Source: an uncultured Gemmatimonadales bacterium
Lineage (GTDB): Bacteria; Gemmatimonadota; Gemmatimonadetes; Gemmatimonadales; GWC2-71-9
Reading direction: 5' to 3'
Assembly (NCBI GenBank): GCA_963771275.1
Contig: CAVYSW010000010.1
Span: 192,001-256,000 of the forward strand
Length of the DNA stretch: 64,000 nucleotides
Shown here one piece after another: positions 27,342 through 36,862 of the stretch. A model generated the notes under the pieces. That model was given only the letters and a program-made list of their open reading frames with translations, did no database searches and was not told the origin of the DNA. The position numbers were made by a program, and so were the translations under genes. How positions within the stretch are numbered: the stretch's first letter is position 1; each line of letters starts with the position of its first letter.

Positions 27342-28250
27342 GTGAGCGCATATCACGTTCCTGTCCTGGCTGCGGCGGTGCTCCGACTCCTCGGGGACCG
27401 TCGCCGCGTGGTCGACGGGACGGTCGGGGGCGGCGGGCACGCCGCCCTGATCCGCGCCACCGGCGCCGCCGTGCTCGCCATCGATTGCGATCCGGAAGCC
27501 CTCGCCGCCGCGCGCGCCCGACTGGGCGGTGACGGCGTCAGCTACGTCGCGGGGAGCTTCGCCGCCGCCGCCGTGCTCGCCCGCGTTTCCGCGTTCCGTC
27601 CCGACTGCGTGCTCCTCGACCTCGGGGTATCCTCGCATCAGCTCGACCAGGAGGCCCGAGGGTTCTCGTTCCGCCCCGGCGTCCCGCTCGACATGCGCAT
27701 GCAGCCCGCCGGTCCGACGGCCGCGGACCTGCTGAACCGCCTGCCCGTCGCCGAGCTCGCCTGCCTGTTCCGTGACGGGGCAGACGAACGCCACGCGAGC
27801 CGTCTCGCGCGGACCGTGGCGGAGCGCCGCGCGCGCGCGCCGTTTGCTGTGAGCGATGACCTGGTCAACGCCATCCGCCGGGCGCTCGGACCGCGCACCG
27901 GGCCCGGGGACTTCGCGCGGCTGTTCCAGGCGGTGCGGATCGCCGTGAACCGTGAGCTGGAGGCGCTGGCCGCCGCCCTGCCGGCCCTGCGCGACGCGCT
28001 GGTGACCGGCGGCATTCTCGCCGTGATCAGCTACCATTCAGGGGAAGACCGGCTGGTCAAGGATGCGTTCCGGTTCTGGGCGCGCGACTGCATCTGCCCG
28101 CCGCGCCAGCCCGTGTGCACCTGCGGGCACACGCCGCTCGGGCGCGTCGTCACCAGGCGACCCGTGATGCCGGACGCGGACGAGGTGGCTGCGAACCCGC
28201 GGGCACGCAGCGCGAAGCTGCGGGCGTTCGAGGTGGGACATGGCAGCTAA
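27342..28250 (+). CDS. rsmH: 16S rRNA m4C1402 methyltransferase RsmH (MraW)
   Basis: HVPVL, DGTVGGGGH, DLGVSSHQLD..RGFSF, PLDMRM, FQA.RIAVN, ISYHSGEDRLVK, NPRARSAKLR. Confidence 0.95.
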   Translation: MSAYHVPVLAAAVLRLLGDRRRVVDGTVGGGGHAALIRATGAAVLAIDCDPEALAAARARLGGDGVSYVAGSFAAAAVLARVSAFRPDCVLLDLGVSSHQLDQEARGFSFRPGVPLDMRMQPAGPTAADLLNRLPVAELACLFRDGADERHASRLARTVAERRARAPFAVSDDLVNAIRRALGPRTGPGDFARLFQAVRIAVNRELEALAAALPALRDALVTGGILAVISYHSGEDRLVKDAFRFWARDCICPPRQPVCTCGHTPLGRVVTRRPVMPDADEVAANPRARSAKLRAFEVGHGS

Positions 28251-28527
28251 GGGCCGACATTGGCTGCTCCTGTGGCTGCTGTTCGCGCTCGTGATCCTGG
28301 TGTGGGTGAGCGCGCGCCAGACGTCGAGCGTCGTGCTCGCGGGCGCGCTCCGGGACGTGCGCGCGCAGCGCCTCGCGGTCGAAGCGGAGCGGACGGCGCT
28401 CGCTCGCCGGCTGCAGGAGGCGGAGAGCCGGGCCGTGCTGATTCCGCGTGCCGAGTCGCTCGGGCTCCGGCAGGCCGTGGACAGCGAGATCATCAACCTG
28501 CAGCCTGCGCCCGCGACCAGGCACTGA
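28240..28527 (+). CDS. ftsL: Cell division protein FtsL-like
   Basis: 95 aa, single TM then coiled coil, A..LGL C-terminus; lies between rsmH and ftsI. Confidence 0.7.
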   Translation: MAAKGRHWLLLWLLFALVILVWVSARQTSSVVLAGALRDVRAQRLAVEAERTALARRLQEAESRAVLIPRAESLGLRQAVDSEIINLQPAPATRH

Positions 28528-28530
28528 GGC

Positions 28531-30471
28531 ATGGCCAAGCCCGAGGTGCGCCTCACGGTGGTGGGTCTGGGACTCGCGGTGGGTCTCGCGGCGCTGGTCG
28601 CCCGCGCGGCGCAGGTCCAGCTGATCGATGGCGGGCGGTACGCCGCGCAGGCCGAAAGTCAGCGGACCGACTCGGTGGACCTGCCGGCCCGTCGGGGCAC
28701 GCTGTACGACCGGACGGGCGTTCCCCTCGCGACGACGCAGGAAGTCTTCCATGTGGGCCTCGACCGCCGCGAGCTGAAGGACCCCGCCGCCGCCGCGCGC
28801 CGCGTGGCGCGCCAGCTCGGGCTGTCCGAAGCCGAGGTGCGGCGAGCGCTGCGGCGGAAGTACGCGCACTTCGAGGGACCGTTTTCCGCGGCGCAGGTGC
28901 TGCTGCTGCGCAGCATGCCGGGCGTCTACCTGACGAGCGAGCTCGTGCGCAGCTATCCCGATCCGGACTTCGCGCGCCCGATCCTCGGCCGTCCGGCGGT
29001 GGCGGGACGCGCGGCGACGGGCCTCGAGCGCCAGCTCGACTCCCTGTTGCGTGGGCGACCGGGCGCCGCCGTGGTGCTGCGCGACAGCCGTGGCCGCGTG
29101 CTCGAATCGCCATCCCGCCTTGCGGCATTCCCGGTGCCCGGTCACGACGTGTTCCTCACCATCGATGCCGGCGTGCAGGAGATCGTGGAGACCGCCCTGG
29201 CGGACGCGATTGAGCGGCTGAACGCGGCCGGCGGCGATGTGGTGGTGCTCGATCCCCACACCGGGGAAGTCCTCGCGCTGACGTCGCGGCTGGCCGACGG
29301 CAGCTCGAGCTCGGGGGCGCTGACGGCGACCTTCGAGCCCGGGTCCACGGCCAAGATCTTCGCGGCCGCCGCCCTGCTGGCGCATGGCCTCGTCGCGCCC
29401 GGCGACAGTGTGTACGGCGAGGGCGGGCTGTGGAAGCTCCCCCACCGGACCCTCAGCGACGACCACCATACTGGGTTCGTCTGGATGCGGCTGGTCGACG
29501 CGATCCGGATCTCGAGCAACATCGGGACGGTCAAGTTCGCCAGCAGGCTGGACCCCGCCGAGCAATTCGACATGCTGCGCGCCTTCGGGATCGGCGCGCC
29601 GACGGGCATCGATTTTCCAGCCGAGTCGCGCGGGCGGCTGCTGCGGCCCGCAGAGTGGAGCGGGGTGTCCGCGCAGTCGCTGGCGATCGGCTACGAGATG
29701 GCGGTCACGCCGCTGCAGCTCGCGGCCGCTTATTCGGCGATCGCCGCCGACGGCCTGCTGTTGCAGCCGGCCCTGGTGAAGCGGGTGCGCGATCCCGACG
29801 GCCGCGTCGTCTACGAGCGGCGGCCCGAGCCGGTACGGCGCGTGGTGAGCCCGAAGATCGCGGCCCAGCTGCGCGAGATGCTGCGCGGGGTCGTCTCCGA
29901 GGGCGGTACCGGCTCGGCGGCGGCGCTCACCAGCTACGAGGTGGCCGGCAAGACGGGAACCGCACGGGTGGCCGGGCCCGGCGGGCGCTACGTGCAGGGC
30001 GCCACCACCGCGGTGTTCGCGGCGCTGTTCCCAGCGGAGGACCCGCAGCTCGTGATGGTGGTGAAGCTCGACTCGCCGCGCGGCAGCTACGCGGCCCTCA
30101 CGGCGGCCCCGCTCACACGGCGGGTGCTCGAGCAGGTGCTGGCCGCCCAGACCGGGGCGCTCGACCGCGGGCGCCTCACCGTCACCGCGCCGCCGCCCGC
30201 CCCCGCGCATCGGGCGGCCGAGACGACGACCTGGCAGGTGTTTGCGTTTGCGTGGCCCGACGCCGGCAGCGCGCGACCGGCGGCGCCGCGTCGCGTCCCG
30301 AACGTCGGGGGCCTGTCCGTGCGGGAGGCCGTGAGTCGCCTGCACCGCGCCGGCCTGCGGGCGCGGCTCAGCGGGTTCGGGCGCGTGGTGCGCACCGCGC
30401 CCGGTGCGGGTGACTCGGTCGCCGCGGGGACCCTGGTCACGGTGTTTGCCGAGTCCGGAGGGACACCCTGA
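28531..30471 (+). CDS. ftsI: Class B penicillin-binding protein FtsI (PBP3) with PASTA domain
   Basis: RGTLYDR, GLE, LTID, EPGSTAK (SxxK), SSN, KTGT; C-terminal VPNV.GLS.REA PASTA. Confidence 0.93.
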   Translation: MAKPEVRLTVVGLGLAVGLAALVARAAQVQLIDGGRYAAQAESQRTDSVDLPARRGTLYDRTGVPLATTQEVFHVGLDRRELKDPAAAARRVARQLGLSEAEVRRALRRKYAHFEGPFSAAQVLLLRSMPGVYLTSELVRSYPDPDFARPILGRPAVAGRAATGLERQLDSLLRGRPGAAVVLRDSRGRVLESPSRLAAFPVPGHDVFLTIDAGVQEIVETALADAIERLNAAGGDVVVLDPHTGEVLALTSRLADGSSSSGALTATFEPGSTAKIFAAAALLAHGLVAPGDSVYGEGGLWKLPHRTLSDDHHTGFVWMRLVDAIRISSNIGTVKFASRLDPAEQFDMLRAFGIGAPTGIDFPAESRGRLLRPAEWSGVSAQSLAIGYEMAVTPLQLAAAYSAIAADGLLLQPALVKRVRDPDGRVVYERRPEPVRRVVSPKIAAQLREMLRGVVSEGGTGSAAALTSYEVAGKTGTARVAGPGGRYVQGATTAVFAALFPAEDPQLVMVVKLDSPRGSYAALTAAPLTRRVLEQVLAAQTGALDRGRLTVTAPPPAPAHRAAETTTWQVFAFAWPDAGSARPAAPRRVPNVGGLSVREAVSRLHRAGLRARLSGFGRVVRTAPGAGDSVAAGTLVTVFAESGGTP

Positions 30472-31931
30472 GCGATCTCGCGGCCATCGTGCGCGCCCTG
30501 CGTGAGGCGGGCCTGCTGCTGCTGGCCCCCGATCGGCTGCCCGCGATTACCGGGGTGGCCGCGGATTCGCGGCGCGTGCAGCCGGGGGCGCTGTTCTGCG
30601 CGGTGGAAGGGACGGTTGCCGACGGGCACGGGTTCGTGCCCGATGCGCGCGCCCGCGGCGCGGCGGCCGCGCTGGTCGCGCGCCCCCTCGAGGATCCGAT
30701 TCCGCAGATCGTCGTCGCGGACGGGCGCACCGCGGCGGCCACGGCGGCCGCGGTCTGGTTCGGTCAGCCGGCCGACCGCCTGGAGCTGATTGGCGTCACC
30801 GGCACGAACGGCAAGTCGACCACGGTTGCCCTCACGCGCCACCTGCTGAACGCCGCGGGGGACGTCGGCGCCTTGGGCACGCTCGGGGGAATGGACGGAC
30901 GGGGCGGGGTCCTCCCCGAGGACGCCGGCCTCACGACGCCGGGCCCCGTGGAGCTCCACGCGGCGTTCGCCGAGCTCGCGCGCCGCGGCGTCCGCACGGT
31001 CGTGATGGAGACCTCCTCGCACGCGCTCCACCAGCGCCGGGTGGCGGGGCTCCGGTTCGCGGCCGGCGTCTACACGAACCTCACGCACGATCACCTGGAC
31101 TATCACGGCGACTACGACAGCTACCTCGCCGCGAAGGCCCTGCTCTCCGCCCACGTCGGGGCGGGCGGGCTCGAAGTCGTGAATCTCGACGATCCGGCGT
31201 GGGGGGGGCTGCCCCGCCGCGAGGGCCTCCGCCGACTGACCTTCGGAACGAGCGCGCGGGCCGACGTCGGTGCCACCGCCATCCGGCTCGACGCGCGTGG
31301 GGCCGCGTTCCGCCTGCGCCTGGGCGGCGCCACGACGGACGCGTTCGTGCCGCTGATGGGCGAGTTCAACGTCAGCAACGCCCTGGCCGCCGCCGCGGTC
31401 GCCTGGGGACGCGGCCTGGCGCCCGCGACCATCGTGGCCCGGCTCGACGGTGCGCCCCAGGTGCCCGGACGGATGGAGCGGCTCGTGTCCGCCGGCTTCA
31501 CGGTGCTGCGCGACTATGCGCACACGCCCGATGCGCTACGCCGCGCCCTGCGCGCGCTGCGGCCGCTCACGACGGGGCGGCTGATCGTGCTGTTCGGGTG
31601 CGGCGGGGACCGCGACCGACGCAAGCGACCCGTCATGGGCGAGATCGCGGCGCAGGACGCGGACGTTGCCGTGGTCACGTCCGACAACCCGCGCAGCGAG
31701 GATCCCGAGCGCATCATCGACGACATCGAGGCGGGCATGGGAGGCGTGGCCCACCTCCGCATCGCGGATCGGCGCGCGGCGATCCACCGCGCGCTCGCCC
31801 TGCTCCAGGCTGGGGACAGCCTGCTGCTCGCCGGGAAGGGTCATGAGATGTACCAGGTGGTCGGCGCCACGCGGCTGCCGTTCGACGAGCTGGCGATCGT
31901 GCGCGAAGCGCTGGAGAGCGCCCGCCGGTGA
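30468..31931 (+). CDS. murE: UDP-MurNAc-tripeptide synthetase MurE (meso-DAP type); start CTG 30468 or GTG 30489
   Basis: DSRRV, DGH.F, GVTGTNGKST, LTTP, METSSH, TNLTHDHLDYH, DYAHTPD, FGCGGDRD, TSDNPR, AGKGHE. Confidence 0.95.
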   Translation: MSDLAAIVRALREAGLLLLAPDRLPAITGVAADSRRVQPGALFCAVEGTVADGHGFVPDARARGAAAALVARPLEDPIPQIVVADGRTAAATAAAVWFGQPADRLELIGVTGTNGKSTTVALTRHLLNAAGDVGALGTLGGMDGRGGVLPEDAGLTTPGPVELHAAFAELARRGVRTVVMETSSHALHQRRVAGLRFAAGVYTNLTHDHLDYHGDYDSYLAAKALLSAHVGAGGLEVVNLDDPAWGGLPRREGLRRLTFGTSARADVGATAIRLDARGAAFRLRLGGATTDAFVPLMGEFNVSNALAAAAVAWGRGLAPATIVARLDGAPQVPGRMERLVSAGFTVLRDYAHTPDALRRALRALRPLTTGRLIVLFGCGGDRDRRKRPVMGEIAAQDADVAVVTSDNPRSEDPERIIDDIEAGMGGVAHLRIADRRAAIHRALALLQAGDSLLLAGKGHEMYQVVGATRLPFDELAIVREALESARR

Positions 31932-33292
31932 GCGTTTGGACCGGCGCGCGCCTCGCCGAGGCGCTCGGGGTCGACGTGCCGCCGAGCCTCGCCTGCGCCC
32001 GGGTGGCCACCGACACGCGAACGCTCGGCCCGGGCGACCTGTTCGTGGCCCTGAAGGGCGAGCGGTTCGACGCGCACGACTTCCTGGAGACGGCCCGCGC
32101 CGGGGGCGCCGTGGCCGCCGTCGTGCGGCGCGGCACGCCGCCGGTCCCGGGCCTCCTGCTGCTGCCGGTCGACGACCCGCTGCAGGCGCTCGGCCGGCTG
32201 GGGCGGCGGCGGCGCGAGGCGGTCCCCGGACCGGTGGTCGCCGTCACCGGCACCAACGGCAAGACGGCCACCAAGGAGCTCGCCGCCCGCGCGCTCGGCG
32301 CGGCGTGGCGCGTGCACGCCACCCGCGGGAACCTGAACAACGAGGTCGGCGTGCCGCTCACGATCCTCGATGCTCCGGACGACACGGAAGCGCTCGTGGT
32401 CGAAGCAGGCGCGAGCGTGCCGGGCGAGCTCGCACGCCTGCGCGAGGTCATCGCGCCGACGGCCGCGATCGTGACGAACGTGTCGGCCGGTCACCTCCAG
32501 GGCTTCGGGGGGCGGGACGGCGTGTTGGCGGAGAAGGTCTCGCTCCTGGCAGGCGTGCCGCTCGCCGTCGTCGGCGTCGAGCCGCCGGCCTTGGCGACGC
32601 GCGCCCGCGCCGCCGCCCGCCGCGTGGTGAGCGCGGGTCTCGGCCCCGCCGCGGACGTCCGACCGGACGCGTGGTCGCTCGACGCCGCCGGCCGGGGCGC
32701 GATCGTGTTTCGCGGCGTCGCCATCCGGCTGCCGCTCGCGGGACGGCATCAGCTGGAGAACGCGATGCTCGCGCTGGCGCTGGCCGAGCTGCTGGGCCTG
32801 GACCCGCGGCCGGTCGGCCGGGCGATGGAGACGGTCTCGCTTCCCGGCGGGCGGTGGGAAGTGCATGATGGTCGGGGGCGCACCGTGATTCACGACGCCT
32901 ACAACGCGAATCCCGCGTCGCTGCTCGCCGCGCTGGAAACGGTGGCGGGAATCCGCGGGACCCGGCCGCTCGTGCTCGCGGTCGGGTCGATGCTCGAGCT
33001 GGGCGATACGACGGCGGCGGAGCACGCGCGCCTGGCGGAAGCGATCGTGCGGCTCGAGCCGGCGCTGGTGGGCGCGATCGGTGAGTTCGCGCCGGCGCTC
33101 GAGCGGCACCGCGCCCGACTGGGCGACCGCCTGGTGACGGCACCGGACGCGGACGCGCTGGGACGGGCGCTCGCCCCGCGGCTGCCCGCGCGCGCGCTGG
33201 TCCTGCTCAAGGCCTCCCGCGGCATGCGCCTCGAGCGTGCGCTGCCATACCTTCTTCCCGACAGCGAGGCCCCGTGCTCTACCAGCTGCTGA
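31928..33292 (+). CDS. murF: UDP-MurNAc-pentapeptide synthetase MurF
   Basis: TDTR, LKGERFDAHDF, VTGTNGKT.TKE, GNLNNEVGVP, DAYNANP.S, MLELG, KASRG. Confidence 0.94.
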   Translation: MSVWTGARLAEALGVDVPPSLACARVATDTRTLGPGDLFVALKGERFDAHDFLETARAGGAVAAVVRRGTPPVPGLLLLPVDDPLQALGRLGRRRREAVPGPVVAVTGTNGKTATKELAARALGAAWRVHATRGNLNNEVGVPLTILDAPDDTEALVVEAGASVPGELARLREVIAPTAAIVTNVSAGHLQGFGGRDGVLAEKVSLLAGVPLAVVGVEPPALATRARAAARRVVSAGLGPAADVRPDAWSLDAAGRGAIVFRGVAIRLPLAGRHQLENAMLALALAELLGLDPRPVGRAMETVSLPGGRWEVHDGRGRTVIHDAYNANPASLLAALETVAGIRGTRPLVLAVGSMLELGDTTAAEHARLAEAIVRLEPALVGAIGEFAPALERHRARLGDRLVTAPDADALGRALAPRLPARALVLLKASRGMRLERALPYLLPDSEAPCSTSC

Positions 33293-34395
33293 CGCCCTAC
33301 GCCCGGGAATTCATCCTCTTCAACCTGTTCAACTACATCTCGTTCCGGGCGGCGGGGGCGGCGGCGACGGCCGTGCTCCTGGCGTTCATCGTGGGGCCGG
33401 CCGTGGTCCGGCGCCTGAAGGCACTCGGCGTGGGGCAGATCATCAGGGCCGAGGGCCCGGCCACGCACCAGAGCAAGCGGGGCACGCCCACGATGGGCGG
33501 CCTGCTGATCCTGCTGTGCACGCTGATCCCGACGCTGCTGTGGGCCCAGCTCGACAACCGCTACGTGCTGGTGGCGTTGGCGGCCACCCTCTGGATGGGC
33601 GCGATCGGGTTCCTGGACGACTACCTCAAGGTCGTGCAGGGGAAGTCGCGCGGCCTCGTGGCCCGCTACAAGCTGGTGGGGCAGGTGACCTTCGGGATCG
33701 TGCTGGGGAGCTACCTCATCTGGCGGCCGCTCACCGACACGCTGCCGGCCACCGCCACCACGGTGCCGTTCTTCAAGTACGTCGTCGTGGTGTTCGTCCC
33801 CGTCGCGTACGTCGCGTTCGTCACGTTCGTCCTGGCGGGGACGAGCAACGCGGTGAACATCACCGACGGGCTCGACGGGCTCGCCATCGGGCTCACGGGG
33901 ATCGCGGCCGCCACCTTCGCGGTCTTCGCCTACATGTTCGGGCGCGTGGACGCCTCCGAGTATCTGCGGATCTTCTACCTGCGGGGCGCCGGGGAGCTGA
34001 CCGTCTTCCTGGCGTCGCTGATGGGCGCGGCCATCGGGTTTCTCTGGTTCAACGCCCATCCGGCGCAGGTGTTCATGGGCGACACGGGCAGCCTCGCGAT
34101 CGGGGGCGCCTTCGGGACGGTGGCCATCTTGCTCAAGTCGGAGTTCCTGCTGCTGATGGTGGGCGGCGTGTTCGTGGCGGAGACGGTGTCGGTGATCCTC
34201 CAGACCTCGGTCTTCAAATGGCACCGCCGCCGCCGGGGCAGGGAATACGCCGAGCAGCATCGCGTGTTCCGCATGGCGCCCCTGCATCACCACTTCGAGA
34301 AGATCGGCTGGGTCGAGTCCAAGATCGTGACCCGGTTCTACATCATCGGGCTGCTGTGCGCCCTCTTCGCCCTGTCCAGTCTCAAGATCCGGTGA
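33274..34395 (+). CDS. mraY: Phospho-N-acetylmuramoyl-pentapeptide transferase MraY
   Basis: K.GTPTMGG, GFLDDYLK, SNAVNITDGLDGL, FMGDTGS, MAPLHHHFE. Confidence 0.97.
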   Translation: MLYQLLTPYAREFILFNLFNYISFRAAGAAATAVLLAFIVGPAVVRRLKALGVGQIIRAEGPATHQSKRGTPTMGGLLILLCTLIPTLLWAQLDNRYVLVALAATLWMGAIGFLDDYLKVVQGKSRGLVARYKLVGQVTFGIVLGSYLIWRPLTDTLPATATTVPFFKYVVVVFVPVAYVAFVTFVLAGTSNAVNITDGLDGLAIGLTGIAAATFAVFAYMFGRVDASEYLRIFYLRGAGELTVFLASLMGAAIGFLWFNAHPAQVFMGDTGSLAIGGAFGTVAILLKSEFLLLMVGGVFVAETVSVILQTSVFKWHRRRRGREYAEQHRVFRMAPLHHHFEKIGWVESKIVTRFYIIGLLCALFALSSLKIR

Positions 34396-35735
34396 TTCCG
34401 GCCGGCTGGCGCCGCGGTGAGGTCGCGGTGATCGGACTCGCCCGCACTGGCGCGGCGGCCAGTCGCTGGCTCGCGGCGCAGGGCGTCTCGGTCTACGCGT
34501 CGGACCGGGCGGCCGCCGGCCTCGAAGAGACCGCCCGCGCGCTCGGTGCCCTGGGCGTCGCCGTGGAGCTCGGCCGCCACGACCTGGAGCGGATCGCGCG
34601 CGCGACGGTGGTCATTGCCTCGCCGGGCGTGCCACCCGACGCGGAGCCGCTCGTCGCCGCGCGGCACGCCGGGGTCGCCGTCCGCTCGGAGATCGACCTC
34701 GCGGCGCAGGCACTCCGGACGACGCGCCTGATCGTGATCACCGGCACGAACGGCAAGAGCACGGTGACCGCGTTGATCGCCCACCTGATGGAGCGGGGGG
34801 GGATCGCGTGCCCGGCGGCGGGGAACATCGGGCGGCCGCTGATCGCCCTGGCGCTCGACTCCACGCCGCCGCCGTGGGCCTCGGTCGAGGTCTCGTCCTT
34901 CCAGCTGCACGACTCGCCCGACCTCCGGCCCGCCGTGGGGGTGCTGACGAACCTCTCCCCCGATCACCTGGACCGGTATCCCAGCGTCGCAGCCTACTAC
35001 GACGACAAGCGGCTCCTGTTCCGCAACGCGGACGCGGCGTCGCGCTGGGTGCTCAACGGCGATGACGACGCGGTGCTCGCCCTGGCACGGGGTGCCGCGG
35101 GAGCCCATTGCACGTGGCGGCTCGCCGGGCAGGCCGACGCCTGGCTGGACCGGGCGGGGGACGCGCTCATGCTCGACGCCGCGCCGCTGCTCCCGCGGGG
35201 CGACCTGCCGCTGCTCGGCGAGCACAACGTCGCGAACGCCCTGGCCGCGATTCTCGCGACGCGGGCGGCGGGACTTCCGCGCGAGGCGATCCGCGACGGG
35301 CTGCGCACGTTCCGCGGACTGCCTCACCGGCTCGAGATCGTGCGAACCGTGGCCGGGGTCGTGTGGATCAACGACTCTAAGGCGACGAACGTCGCGTCCA
35401 CGGCGGTGGGGGCGCGCGCGATGGACCGCCCGTTCGTGCTGATCCTCGGGGGGCGCCACAAGGGCGAGCCGTACACGTCGCTCGGGCCGGTTCTGGAGGG
35501 CCGCTGCCGGCACGTCCTGGCGTACGGCGAAGCCGGGCCGCTGATCGTCGCGGATCTCGGCCGGGTGCTGCCCGTGACACAGGTGTCCACGCTGGAGCAG
35601 GCCGTGGCCGATGCCCGGCGCCGCGCGGCACCCGGCGACGTGGTGCTGCTGTCGCCGGCGTGCTCGAGCTTCGACCTGTTCAGCAACTACGAGCAGCGCG
35701 GCGCGACGTTCCGCGCGCTGGTGGAAGCCCTGTGA
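34392..35735 (+). CDS. murD: UDP-MurNAc-L-Ala-D-Glu ligase MurD
   Basis: SPGVP, ITGTNGKST, GNIG, EVSSFQL, PDHLDR, HRLE, NDSKATN, LSPACSSFD; GTGA overlap. Confidence 0.95.
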   Translation: MIPAGWRRGEVAVIGLARTGAAASRWLAAQGVSVYASDRAAAGLEETARALGALGVAVELGRHDLERIARATVVIASPGVPPDAEPLVAARHAGVAVRSEIDLAAQALRTTRLIVITGTNGKSTVTALIAHLMERGGIACPAAGNIGRPLIALALDSTPPPWASVEVSSFQLHDSPDLRPAVGVLTNLSPDHLDRYPSVAAYYDDKRLLFRNADAASRWVLNGDDDAVLALARGAAGAHCTWRLAGQADAWLDRAGDALMLDAAPLLPRGDLPLLGEHNVANALAAILATRAAGLPREAIRDGLRTFRGLPHRLEIVRTVAGVVWINDSKATNVASTAVGARAMDRPFVLILGGRHKGEPYTSLGPVLEGRCRHVLAYGEAGPLIVADLGRVLPVTQVSTLEQAVADARRRAAPGDVVLLSPACSSFDLFSNYEQRGATFRALVEAL

Positions 35736-36862
35736 CGAGCCCGACGTTCGCGACGCCGGTCAACTGGGAAGGCCGGCTGCTCGCCGCCGTGACGGCGGCG
35801 CTCGCCGTGTTCGGCGTGGCGGCTGTCTACGGCGCGTCATCGATCTTGGCGGTGCAGCAAGACCACGCGGGGTCGTACTACGCGCTGCGACAGCTGCTGG
35901 GGGTGGTGGCCGGCGGCGTGCTCCTGGTGGTCGCCGCCCGGGTGGATTACCACGTGTGGCAGCGGCTCGCCTGGCCGATGGTCCTCGTGGCCCTCGTGGT
36001 CCTCACCATCCCGTACGTGCCCGGCCTCCGCGCCATCGCCCCCGAGCTGAACGGGGCGCGACGGTGGATCCGCGCCGGGCCGGTCCAGCTCCAGCCGTCG
36101 GAGTTCGCGAAGTTCGCGATCGTGGCGTGGGCCGCGGCGCTGGCGGCGAAGAAGGGCGACCTGGTGCGCGAATTCAAGCGCGGCGTCCTGCCGTTCCTGG
36201 TGATCGTGGGACCGCTCTGCGCCCTCATCCTGTTCCAGCCCAATCTCTCGACCGCGACCCTCGCGGCGATTCTCCTGGGCGTCGTGCTGTTCACCGCGGG
36301 CGCCAAGATCGGCCACTTCCTCCTCCTGCTGCTCGCGGCGATCCCGATCGCCTGGCACGAGCTGACACAGGTCCAGTACCGGCTGGCGCGCGTGCTCACG
36401 TTCCTGAGCACGGGGACGGACGCCAGCGAGACGAGCTGGCAGATCAAGCAGTCGCTCATCGGCATGGGTGCGGGGCGCGCGTTCGGCGTGGGGTTCGGCC
36501 AGGGGCTGCAGAAGCTCGGATACCTCCCGCTCGCGTTCTCGGATTTCATCTTCAGCACGATCGGGGAGGAGTGGGGCTTCGTCGGCGTGATGGTGATCGT
36601 GGTGCTGTTCGCGCTCTACGTCTGGATGGGGCTGCGCATTGCCCGAAGGGCGCCCGACCGGTTCGGGCTGCTGCTCGCCGCGGGTCTCACCGCGATGATT
36701 GGCGTAACGGCGTTCCTGCACATGGCCGTGACCGTGGCACTGGTTCCCACCACCGGCTTGCCGCTGCCGTTCGTCTCCTACGGTCGCTCGGCGCTGCTGG
36801 TCGCCCTCTTCGCGACCGGTGTGGTCGTCAACATCGGGCGGCAGGCGGCGCGGCGGCGATGA
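35732..36862 (+). CDS. ftsW: SEDS glycosyltransferase FtsW
   Basis: NGARRWI, QPSEFAK, QPNL, DFIF..IGEEWG, PTTG.PLPFVSYG.S. Confidence 0.95.
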   Translation: MTSPTFATPVNWEGRLLAAVTAALAVFGVAAVYGASSILAVQQDHAGSYYALRQLLGVVAGGVLLVVAARVDYHVWQRLAWPMVLVALVVLTIPYVPGLRAIAPELNGARRWIRAGPVQLQPSEFAKFAIVAWAAALAAKKGDLVREFKRGVLPFLVIVGPLCALILFQPNLSTATLAAILLGVVLFTAGAKIGHFLLLLLAAIPIAWHELTQVQYRLARVLTFLSTGTDASETSWQIKQSLIGMGAGRAFGVGFGQGLQKLGYLPLAFSDFIFSTIGEEWGFVGVMVIVVLFALYVWMGLRIARRAPDRFGLLLAAGLTAMIGVTAFLHMAVTVALVPTTGLPLPFVSYGRSALLVALFATGVVVNIGRQAARRR

